In this document: piece by piece, positions 41,745 to 51,288 of the stretch
Position numbering within the stretch: the stretch's first letter is position 1
Layout of the letters: each line of letters begins with the position of its first letter
Source: Octopus sinensis
Taxonomy: Eukaryota
Direction of reading: 5' to 3'
Length of the DNA: 64,000 nt
Assembly: GCF_006345805.1 (NCBI RefSeq)
Contig: NC_043024.1
Coordinates: forward strand, 7,812,001 to 7,876,000
Position numbers and translations under genes: made by a program
Notes under the pieces: model-generated
Database searches by the model: none
What the model was told of the DNA's origin: nothing
What the model saw: the letters and a program-made list of their open reading frames with translations, nothing else

Positions 41745-44542
41745 CTCACACACACATATGAGGGAGTGCTGAAAAGATCCTGGCAGAAGACCTGGTTTGA
41801 GGGCCAACCTTCTGAGTTCTTTTAGAGGGTTTAGAAAAACTGAAGGACCGCTGCAATAAGTGTGTGAATCTTAGAGGGGAATATGTTGAATAAAATCTTA
41901 ATTAACTGATCCTCCTGTATTTTCTTTTACCCAAAGCCAGGAGCTTTTCAGCACCCCCTCATATATGTGTATGTATGTGTGTGTATGGAAGGCTTCAGTA
42001 CAGTTTCCATCTGCCAAATTCACTCACACGTCATTGGTCAGCTTGGAGCTGCAACAGAAGGCATTGCTAAATGTTTTCATTTCTATCCCTGTCTCTCAGC
42101 ACTGATTTTATAATACTTCCGTATTTCAGCTGGTCGAGTGATTTTCAAATTCCGAAACAACGAAGAGGAGGCGGAGGCGGAGGAGAGTAAGAGAAACGAT
42201 GAAGAAAATGATCAAGTGGCTGACGATAATGAGGATAACGCAGGAGAAGAAGAAGAAGAGGAGGAAGAAGAAGAAGAAAGGGAACCAGTAGAAGAAGAGG
42301 AAGGAGAGAGTAAGAAAACCAATGTGGGATCACTGTTGTTAAATTTACTTTCAGCTGCAGAGGTACGTATACATACATTCATATATATATATTTGTGTGT
42401 GCGTGTATATGTGTGTAAATACATATATAAAGGCGGCGAGCTGGCAGAATCGTTAGCACGCCAGGCGAAATGCGTAGCCGTATTTCGTCTGCCGTTACGT
42501 TCAGAGTTCAAATTCCGCCGAGGTCGACTTTGCCTTTCATCCTTTCGGGGTCGATAAATTAAGTACCAGTTACGCACTGAGGTCGATGTAATTGACTTAA
42601 TCCCTTTGTCTGTCCTTGTTTGTCCCCTCTGTGTTTAGACCCTTGTGGGTAGTAAAGAAATAGGTATTTCGTCTGCCATTACCTTCTGAGTTCAAATTCC
42701 GCCGAGGTCGACTTTGCCTTTCATCCTTTCGGGGTCGATAAATTAAGTACCAGTTACGCACTGGGGTTGATGTAATTGACTTAATCCCTTTGTCTGTCCT
42801 TGTTTGTCCTCTCTGTGTTTAGACCCTTGTGGGTAGTAAAGAAATAGGTATTTCGTCTGCCATTACGTTCTGAGTTCAAATTCCACCGAGGTCGACTTTG
42901 CCTTTCATCCTTTCGGGGTCGATAAATTAAGTACCAGTTAAGCACTGGGGTCGATGTAATTGACTTAATCCCTTTGTCTGTCCTTGTTTGTCCCCTCTAT
43001 GTTTAGTCCCTTGTGGGTAGTAAAGAAATAAATATATACATGTGGATTGTTGGCAATTTTTTTTCTCCTCCGTCTTCCTTTTCTCTTGGTCTTTCCACTG
43101 TCTCCTGTTCCTGAAGAAGAGATTTGCTTGAAATGTTAAACAACCTTTCTTTCCTTCCCTGAGCATCTTTTAATACTTTGCATGTACCACGTCCTTGTGT
43201 TTTTTCTGAGGTCGTCAGAGACGGCAGTGAGAATAAGTGATGTGAAAGACAGTGGTGATTGAGGTGGAGGGGAAGGCAACAAAGTCAAAGGTATTGATGG
43301 TGGTGGTGTCAGAAGTCTGAATGATGTGTGTATGGCAGATGTGGTGGTATTAAGAAAATGAATTCAGCGTTCAGTCCCTCATTCTCTCTCTCTTATTATT
43401 ACTCCTACTGCCACCATCAACACTACTACTTTTAATAAAAAACATCATCAACAGTAGAAGTGTCATTGAATAGTCAGAGAGGGGGTCAAAGTGTGACACA
43501 CTGACACAAAAATTAGCTTTTGCATTTATTATATTAGATGGGTGTGTTTGTGTATACGTATGTGTGGCGGCACAATGGCCCAGTGGTTAGGGCAGCGGAC
43601 TCGCGGTAATAGGATCGCGGTTTCGATTTCCAGACTGGGCGTTGTGAGTGTTTATTGAGCGAAAACACCTAAAGCTCCACGAGGCTCCGGCAGGGGATGG
43701 TGGTGATCCCTGCTGTACTCTTTCACCACAACTTTCTCTCACTCTTACTTCCTGTTTCTGTTGTACCTGTATTTCAAAGGGCCGGCCTTGTCACATTCTG
43801 TGTGTCACGCTGAATATCCCCGAGAACTACGTTGAGGGTACACGTGTCTGTGGAGTGCTCAGCCACTTACACGTTAATTTCACGAGCAGGCTGTTCCGTT
43901 GATTCGGATCAACCGGAACCCTCGTCGTCATAACCGACGGAGTGCTTCAAAAAAATGTGTGTATGTAGGTATGTATATGTGTGTGTGTATGTTTGTGTAT
44001 ATAATATATATATATATGTGTGTGTATGTATATTATATATATATATATATATGTATGTATATATGTGGAGGCACGTGGTTTAGTGGTTTCGATTCCTGGA
44101 CCGGGCAATGCGTTTGCGTCCATGAGCAAAACACTTCATTTCACGTTGCTCCAGTCCACTCAGCTGGCAAAAATGAGTAACGCTGCTATGGACTAGCGTC
44201 CCATCCAGCTGGGGAACACATATGCCATTGAAACCAAGAAACCAGGCCCATGAGCCTGGCTAGGCTTTAAAAAGGGGGCATTTATTACTTATTTTTATAT
44301 ATATATGTATGTGTGTGTATATTACATATATATATATATATATATCTGCGTGTGTACCTTTGGCGATTTTGTTTCCTCCGTCTTCCCTTCTTTGGATCTT
44401 TCCTTTTCCTATATTTCTGACGAAGAGCTCCGCTCAAAACGTTAAGCCCTCCTTCTTTCCTGAGCATCCAATAATACTATACTTGTTCCACATCCTCACA
44501 TTGTTGTGTTTTCTCTTTGTGTTTCCATGTTTGGATTAACTT

Positions 44543-44574
<32 letters not shown>

Positions 44575-47500
44575 TATGATTGGCTTATAAATTCACATAT
44601 TTTGAAAAGAAACACGAAAAGGTTATATATTTCTTATTTGTTCTCTTCCAGAGAAAATATGGCAGTTTGTGCAACCTGCAGACTTTCCTAGGTGATTCTA
44701 CCAAATATTACAATCCGATTGCTCGTGTTGGACATAGAGTACTGCACTGTGCCAAAGGCCTGGTATTCAAGTTTGAATACTGCAGATGCGTACGCAAAAA
44801 AGTTACGAGTAAGTGTACTGTATTTTTGCTGTTGTTAGTAACTCTAGGCTGTTTTTTTCTTTCTTTTAAATTTTCAAATCATTCAGGGTTGAGGCATGTT
44901 ACAGCATTGTCACTGGGTTACGGGATTTTGTCCTCCAGTTAAATTGGGTCTGAGCCAAAGATTCTGAAATCAAATGCTGATAGCTAATCAAGGAAGTGAT
45001 TTTATTAATATTAATGGATCTTTTCGGTTTGAACGGCAGTTTTTAACATAATTTCTAGGTAACTAAAAAAATTTTAAACTTCGTATACTGGTAGAATGTG
45101 TTTATAAAACATCTTTTTCTCTTGGCTTTATTGAGAAAATTCTATAGTTTGTGAGATGTTTGTTTTTTTCTTCAATTTCTGCAATTTCAACTAATCACTG
45201 ACGTCTATTGAGGTAAAAAAAACATTGTGCCGTATGAATATGTCCCTGATTTAAGAAACAGATTGGTTTATTTACATTTATGAAGAAAAAAAGATACCCT
45301 TCCCCCTACCCCTAAAATAGATTGAAATGCAATAGATCAAATATTACAATCCGATTGCTCGTGTTGGACATAGAGTACTGCATATAATTATGGGTGACAA
45401 TTTCACATGACACCGCTAGAAAAAACTGCTGTTCAAACCGAAAAGATCCATCTCCTCTTTTGAGGAGAATTAGCTTCTTCAATTTCTGCAATTTCAACCA
45501 ATCAATGACATCCATTGAAGTAAAAAAACATTCTGTGCTGTATGAACATGTCCCTCGTTTAAGAAAGAGATTGGGTTTATTTACATTTGTGAAGAAAAAA
45601 AAAAAAGATACCTTTCCCCTAACCCTAAAATAGATTGAAATGCAATAGATCGATACTAGGGTCATAATTATGGGTGACAATTTCATATGACACCGCTAGA
45701 AAAAACCTCTGTTCAAACCAAAAACATCCATATTAATTTTTAATCCTATTTTTGACTGTGTGTGTATGGAGGATATCAAACTTTAATCACAACAGTTCTA
45801 TATTTAAGAGATGAGGAATTATGTACACTATTTACATTTGACGGACATTTCACCTCATCTTGTTTTTTTGTTAACACGTTTCAGCTGATATACGCTCCAG
45901 CTTTCATGAAGGCCGGAAGGTCTATCAGCCGAAACGTTGTGTTAACAACAAACAAGATGAGGACAAATATCCGTCAAATGTAAATAATGTATTTAAACAC
46001 GACATTTGTTTCCACACCACAAACCAGCTTTAATTTGTTGAGTTTAGGAGTGGCTGTGTGGTATGTAGCTTGCTAACCAACCACATGGTTCTGGGTTCAG
46101 TCCCACTGCGTGGCATCTTGGGCGTCTTCTGCTATAGCCCCCGGCCGACCAATGCCTTGTGAGTGGATTTGGTAGACAGAAACTGGAAGAAGCCTGTCGT
46201 ATATATGTATGCGTGTGTGTGTTTGTGTGTCTGTCCCCCTAGTATTGCTTGACAACCAATGCTGGTGTGTTTACATCCCCGTCACTTAGCAGTTCGGCAA
46301 AAGAGATCGATGGAATAAGTACTGGGCTTACAAAGAATAAGCCCCGGGGTTGATTTGCTCGACTAAAGGCGGTGCTCCAGCATGGCTGCAGTCAAATGAC
46401 TGAAACAAGTAAAAGAGTATACCATTATACAAGATTACTGTTGAAAAGCATTCCGCTATACAGTAATTCTAAAGAACGATCTTGTATTAAGGTATATGAA
46501 TATAAAACTCAGAAACTTAAACCTGGTGAGTGGCTCAGAAAAAGATGTGATCTATTAAAGCCTGGTATCCTCCATCATGTTCTATCATTCTTATAATATA
46601 TATATATGTGGAGGCGCAATGGCCCAGTGGTTAGGGCAGCGGACTCGCGGTTTCGATTCCCAGACCGGGCGTTGTGAGTGTTTATTGAGCGAAAACACCT
46701 AAAGCTCCACGAGGCTCTGGCAGGGGGTGGTGGCAATCCCTGCTGTACTCTTTCGCCACAACTCTCTCTCACTCTTTCTTTTGTTGGCCTGCTCGCTTAG
46801 CCAGTGGGGTGGCATCATTTGAAGGCTAAAACAATGCTAACGTATTGTCACCAGCGATGTGTAACATCTGATGGCCTGGTCGGTCACGTGATAATATATA
46901 TACAGTATATGTATACACACACACATATATGTAAGTGTGTATATACTCTCAGTCTTTTACTCGTTTCAATCATTTGACTTTGGCCATGCTGGAGCAACGC
47001 TTTTAGTCGAGGAAATCGACCCCAGGACTTATTCTTTGTAAGCCTAGTCCTTATTCTATTGGTCGCTTTTGCTGAACCGCTAATGTTACGGTGACATAAA
47101 CACACCAGCATCGGTTTATCAAGCAATGTTGGGGGGACAAACATATATATATCTGCTCTGGCCCCTGTGCCGGTGGCACGTAACAAACACCCGCTACACT
47201 CACGGAGTGGTTCGCATTAGGAAGGGCATCCAGCTGTAGAAACAATCCCAGATCAGACTGGAGCATGGTGCAGCCTTCTGGCTTCCCAGACCCCGGTCGA
47301 ACCGTCCAACCCATGCCAACATGGAAAACGGACGTTAAATGATAATGATGAATGAATGATGAATAATGACAAACTTCTTTCAGTTTCCATCTACCAAATC
47401 CACTCACAAGGCTTTGGTTGGCCCGAGGCTATAGTACAAGACACTTGCCCAAGGTGCCACGCCGTGGGACTGAACCCGGAACCATGTGGTTGGTAAACAA

Positions 47501-47786
47501 GCTACTTACCACAAAGCCACATACATATGGATCTTATGATGATGATTTGGAAGTTATTTGGTTGCTAATTCTAGCAGTTTTAACAATTACATAAATACTC
47601 CCTCCTCACTCCACGACATACCAGAATAGAAAATGAGAAGTGTCAACATTCAATAAATCTAAGTAGATTATGTTAATGTATGATATAATATTTCAATGTT
47701 GAATATTTCATTAAAAGCTACACATTTTTTTTGTTTTCATGCGAACAGTTCACTGGAAGAAAATCCTACCATACATTTATATCTAA
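27269..47786 (+). CDS. Spliced gene, join(27269..27340,28453..28618,31914..32456,34901..35041,36854..36966,39364..39520,42130..42362,44652..44808,47749..47786): 539-aa secreted protein with four 4-Cys chitin-binding type-2 (ChtBD2/PIF-like)-like modules and charged low-complexity linkers
   Basis: Manual exon chaining. All 8 introns are GT-AG with polypyrimidine tracts; intron phases 0,1,1,1,0,1,0,1 are all compatible. Exon lengths 72+166+543+141+113+157+233+157+38=1620 nt with no internal stop. N-terminal hydrophobic signal peptide, four aligned Cys modules, AATAAA 147 nt after the stop. The domain family is assigned from motif resemblance, not a search. Confidence 0.88.
27420..28077 (+). mobile_element. 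CR1 3'UTR copy whose tail runs into a ~400-bp (ATT/CAT)n microsatellite
   Basis: 27420-27670 is the reverse-complement homolog of 7200-7460; AATAAA followed by the (ATT)n/(CAT)n expansion. Confidence 0.75.
28453..28618 (+). CDS. Coding exon 2: Cys module 1 (AKSGVTCQFKVFPNNPNLYYEIVYSGGYLVRQCHFGSKFSVSRCSCSNKTDTKAK)
   Basis: cgcag| acceptor, G|gtaagt donor, phase 0-1, open frame, aligns with modules 2-4. Confidence 0.9.
30683..31403. mobile_element. Cluster of piggyBac-like MITEs (TTAA target sites, CCCTTT(C/T)G TIR), tandem and nested
   Basis: ttaa|ccctttcgttacc ... ggtaacaaaaggg|ttaa (30683-30903), further units at 30924-31403. Related copies at 38150-38815 (3 tandem), 48632-49508 (longer) and 62678-62888. 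Confidence 0.8.
31914..32456 (+). CDS. Coding exon 3: 181-codon linker, Lys-rich N-half and Ser/Glu-rich C-half
   Basis: ttgttttaacag| acceptor, AAA A|gtaagt donor, phase 1-1. Matches the unique part of ORF 31934..33478. Confidence 0.88.
32462..33465. repeat. (CA)n followed by a ~1-kb degenerate (CAT/CGT)n tract in intron 3
   Basis: Begins immediately after the exon-3 donor. Confidence 0.95.
34901..35041 (+). CDS. Coding exon 4: Cys module 2 (TCALNANAENPTKYYELVPGHGYYIRDCAEGSAFSPIACGCTIHAKK)
   Basis: Pyrimidine tract plus gaccag| acceptor, G|gtaaat donor, phase 1-1, 141 nt. Confidence 0.9.
35180..36068 (-). mobile_element. tRNA-derived SINE family C with a triplicated ~255-bp 3' segment
   Basis: Head (minus strand) ggaggcgcaatggcccagtggttagggcagcggactcgcgg at ~36068; three tandem units start ~35185, ~35445, ~35696. 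Single copies at 13615-13932(-), 43567-43948(+), 46610-46890(+). Confidence 0.85.
36165..36730. repeat. (TATG)n/(TG)n microsatellite in intron 4
   Basis: Direct inspection. Confidence 0.95.
36854..36966 (+). CDS. Coding exon 5: linker EKEDKPESKEMWKKPLKEELATIMQPPTILPTEAAKKS
   Basis: gttggtgtag| acceptor, TCG|gtaaat donor, phase 1-0 bridging exons 4 and 6. Confidence 0.8.
39364..39520 (+). CDS. Coding exon 6: Cys module 3 (YVYIPVCQRSSCVDDPTKYFEQVPGHGFYLRSCPKGTAFNPIHCQCSIHYGN)
   Basis: ctttttcttgcag| acceptor, T|gtaagg donor, phase 0-1, 157 nt. Confidence 0.9.
40300..40790 (-). mobile_element. CR1-clade LINE 3' end with (TTAAC)n tail and a triplicated 119-bp terminal segment
   Basis: Minus-strand translation LYLRRFHLNRRRRAFSVQVADPWNKL; units start at 40331, 40450 and 40569. 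Confidence 0.85.
42130..42362 (+). CDS. Coding exon 7: highly acidic linker with a run of 10 Glu
   Basis: tatttcag| acceptor, GAG|gtacgt donor, phase 1-0. Matches ORF 42138..42557 up to SAAE. Confidence 0.88.
44652..44808 (+). CDS. Coding exon 8: Cys module 4 (RKYGSLCNLQTFLGDSTKYYNPIARVGHRVLHCAKGLVFKFEYCRCVRKKVT)
   Basis: ttctcttccag| acceptor, A|gtaagt donor, phase 0-1, 157 nt (same length as exon 6). Confidence 0.9.
45829..45986. repeat. Palindromic element (~75-bp arms) in intron 8, resembling a head-to-head Penelope-like terminus
   Basis: tatttacatttgacgg...tcatga...ccgtcaaatgtaaata; contains cagccgaaacgt. Confidence 0.75.
47749..47786 (+). CDS. Probable terminal coding exon: (I)HWKKILPYIYI*
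   Basis: T-tract plus gcgaacag| acceptor, phase 1 compatible, TAA at 47784-47786, unique 3'UTR-like sequence followed by AATAAA. Confidence 0.7.
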
Positions 47787-47932
47787 GATGACAAACCGAA
47801 AACAAATATTCTACAGTCTCTTCAATTGGTATTCCACCATATAAGGGATATGTGAAGACATTGACCATCTCTGCCATGTAAGGAAATGTCTGACGAGAAC
47901 TGATGTTCGTCGATGAAATATGAATTTACAAA

Positions 47933-47938
47933 AATAAA
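47933..47938 (+). terminator. Polyadenylation signal AATAAA of the Cys-module gene
   Basis: First AATAAA downstream of the predicted stop; followed by T/GT-rich sequence at ~47960-48020. Confidence 0.6.
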
Positions 47939-50084
47939 ATCTTAAATGAAGTCCTGACAGGTTTTTGCTTTGTTCATTTGTTTAAATGTCAGCAATGTGT
48001 GTGTGTGTTTTGTTGTGTGAATGTACGAGGGGTTACTGAAAAGTTCCTGGCTTTGAGGATAAGTTAATTATGATTTTATTTAACATATTGGTGGCACGTA
48101 AAAGCACCATCCATTCATGTCCGTTGCCAGCCTCCTCACCTGGCCCCCGTGCCGGTGACACGTAAAAGCACCATCCGTTCATGGCCGTTTGCCAGCTCTG
48201 TCTGGTCCCATGTCAGTGGCACGTAAAAGCACCATCCGTTCGTGTTCTTTGCCAGCCTCGCCTGGCCCCCGTGCCGGTGACACGTAAAAGCACCGTCCGT
48301 TCGTGGCCGTTTGCCAGCTCTGTCTGGCACCTGTGCAGGTGGCATGTAGAAAGCACCCACTACACTCATGGAGTGGTTGGCGTTAGGAAGGGCATCCAGC
48401 CGTAGAAACACTGCCAGATCTGACTGGGCCTGACGAAGCCTTCCAGCTTCACAGACCCCAGTTGAACCGTCCAACCCATGCTAGCATGGAAAGCGGACGC
48501 TAAATGATGATGATGATGATATTCCCCTCTCAGATTCACAAACTTAGTGCAGCAGCCCTTCAGTTTTTCTAACTCCTGTAAAGGAACTCGGAAGGTTGGG
48601 CATCCAACCAGACTTTTTGTGATACCTTTAACCCTTTCGTTACTATATTCCTAACCAAAATACACCCCTCATGAGTTTCAATTAAATTCTAAAAGAATCA
48701 TGAATTTAGGCTGTTTCATTAAATAACAGTAACTTTTTTACTTAACATATTAATGTGATATTTGGAACATAATTAAAGAAAGGGTTCTTAATCAATTCTA
48801 TTGCATAACTTTTGTCTCAAAGTGACTTTAATTACAGGTAAATTGAGCAAAAGGTAAAAATATTAAAATTTTGTTTAAACAGAAAATGAATCATCAGCTA
48901 ATATTCAAATGGGCATGCAACAAAATTTTCATCAAAAAGAATTGTGCACATCACTAGATCATCAGTTGAATTTAATGCACTACAGGTGTACCATAAAGGT
49001 GGAATAAACTGAAATACTGGAATCCACCGCAAGTTTGACCGAACTAAAGAAATCGGTCAAAAAATAATATACGGCCCTGGTTATGGTATGGAAGTGATAA
49101 ATTCCAGACCACATCGCTGCTTTCGGTTAACGGATAAAGAAATATTCCATTCGTTATTGTACACCACGTGCTTTAAGACCTCATTCATTCCTTTTCACGA
49201 TATCTCCCTATTTTCCGTTGAAAAAGCTTTAAATTCGGAATCAATGCTTGATAACATGAAACTCCTATCCATTTTCAAAGTTGAAAAATCGATGCCGAAA
49301 AAAATCTCCCAAAATTCACTGAGTTGAGATATCACTTGAAGCAATGTCGGATACTATAACTTAACTATTTACAATGTGAAATCACATGTTTTAACGAATG
49401 TACCAACGAGATTTGGGTTCAAATTTACATTTAAATAACAATAGGTTCTCTCGGCCGGGATGGTATTATGAACCAAAAAACTTTTCGGCCAGGTTAGTAA
49501 TGAAAGGGTTAAAGCCAGGATTGGATTATAGGGCGACCTGCTGTGCTTGAGGAGACCTATTGAGTCAAGTACATCAAAATAAAAATCAAATGGAAATTGT
49601 AGTTGTGATACCCGTGCCGGTGGCACATAAAAAGAACCATCCGAATGTGGCCAGATCAACATTTCATGTTAATTTGTTTTCCAAACACCAGCTTAACATC
49701 AAATATATTTTACTAAACTCTTCGTTTCAAAATTAATGAAGATAGAAATAGTGCATTCAAACAGAAATATGCTAACAAAAGGTATAAAAAATATACCATA
49801 ATACTTAGCATGTCAATCTGGAGAAGGCCCCTGACATTCTGTAGGCTGGTAGTCCATGAAAAGGAAAAAACATCAAAGTGTAACTGAATGAATGAGAACT
49901 AAGAAAGCCATGGACAGAGGTAGTAATGAGTCCATCATGGAATTGAATATGCAGGTAGGGGATCAAGTCAGGGCTCCAATTTATAGCCCTTTAGGCTAGA
50001 AAGCATTTAAGACTAACTGTCCATCAGCTCTCCTGTATACCGATGATTTATGTTCATGGTATAATCTTGTTCAGATATAAACGG

Positions 50085-50370
50085 AAAGTGAAACCTCTCA
50101 AAAGAGCTGTTCTTCACTCCTGCTCCAGAGCGTCGGCTGCGGGGTCACTCCAAAAAGCTCTATCTGCGACGATTTCATCTCAATCGAAGGAGAGGGGCTT
50201 TCTCTGTCAGGGTTGCGGATCCGTGGAATAAGCTGCCGGACGAGATAGTGAAGATGCCGACGACGACTCAGTTCAAAGTGTCTCTTGACCAGAAATGACC
50301 TGAACTCTTTGCATGAACACCCTCCCTGTCCCCCTACATGGCCTTGCTTTTTGAGCCAAAAAATTAACAT
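50085..50370 (+). mobile_element. CR1-clade LINE 3' end, same family as 40300-40790
   Basis: RLRGHSKKLYLRRFHLNRRRGAFSVRVADPWNKLPDEIVK, followed by the same 3'UTR and ttaac tail. Confidence 0.85.
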
Positions 50371-50658
50371 AAATTCCCAAAACCTCAAATTCCCTGAAAC
50401 GAAGGTCAAACTGCTACCACCAAATAACCCAATATGTAAGAGGTAGTAGAAACTCTGTACTATACACCATATACAAACTATGATCAGATCCATAATTCCA
50501 TATCTCTCTTGCCAAGCTTGCACACGTATGGTGTTCTATAAGTTTGCTGTCTGTTAAACGTTCCCCCCCCACATCCTTTGTGAGGTTTAGACACTAGCTT
50601 TCTTGCATCCTTACAATCGAATCAAAAACAAAAACAAGTTCAAAAATTTCATTTTTGC

Positions 50659-50664
50659 TTTATT
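50659..50664 (-). terminator. Polyadenylation signal (AATAAA on minus strand) of the minus-strand gene
   Basis: tttatt on the plus strand, ~90 nt past the predicted TGA. Confidence 0.55.
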
Positions 50665-50754
50665 TATAAAAATATATTTTCATCTGATATCCACTTCATA
50701 GAAGTTTAAATATACTTTCTGCCCATTTCATGGAAATGTAAATACATTTTCATT

Positions 50755-50860
50755 TCAAAATATTGCATCCACTTCACAGAAGTATAAACACACAGGTTCA
50801 TCATCCAAGTGACTCACTATCTCAACTCGGCGTTCCTCTTCATACCTTCGCTGGATCAAA
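50755..50860 (-). CDS. Terminal coding exon of an unidentified minus-strand gene: (S)LIQRRYEEERRVEIVSHLDDEPVCLYFCEVDAIF*
   Basis: Strong acceptor ttttttttttttttcttcttttacaag|, open phase-2 frame with protein-like composition, AATAAA ~90 nt after the stop. Confidence 0.65.
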
Positions 50861-51150
50861 CTTGTAAAAGAAGAAAAAAAAAAAAATGAATTTCTAATAA
50901 TAATAAATTACAGTTTTAAAAAGATATTTATCAGTACAAAACACTGGATTATGTGGCCTAGTCACAGAAAGAAACTGATAATTGAGAATTACTAATAACT
51001 CTACATTGGAGAGGTAATCAGAATCTACACAGATAACACAATCTTTACTGTTTACTAACTGATGTAGTTACAAGAATTATCACTCACAAAATACTATAGT
51101 TATTTAGTATTATAAAGGACAGCATTTAGAAAGATTAAGGATATAATTAC

Positions 51151-51188
51151 CTTCTCAAGTCAGAATCCAATAAAAAAAGCGGATGGCG
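51151..51188 (-). CDS. 38-nt internal exon RHPLFLLDSDLR(S) of the minus-strand gene
   Basis: Pyrimidine-rich tract plus tgtgtag| acceptor, AAG|gtaatt donor. The only open frame ends in phase 2, matching the terminal exon. Confidence 0.55.
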
Positions 51189-51260
51189 CTACACAGGATG
51201 CTTTTTATAGGAGGGGAGGGGGAGAGAGAGGTGGGTGGAGAGTCCAGTATATAAAACCAC

Positions 51261-51288
51261 CTTTCTATTTTCAGCAAACTGAAATAAT
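51261..51288 (-). CDS. Candidate 28-nt exon (x)LFQFAENRK of the minus-strand gene
   Basis: Strong acceptor ttttctttttccctccag|, weak donor AAG|gtggtt. In frame with the 38-nt exon across a 72-nt intron. Confidence 0.4.

Noticed and set aside
47888-47920. SECIS-like or hammerhead-like hairpin in the 3'UTR (ctgacgagaactgatgttcgtcgatgaaa)
   Set aside because: The stem is too short for a SECIS, the CDS has no in-frame UGA, and the GAAA is not positioned for a hammerhead core.
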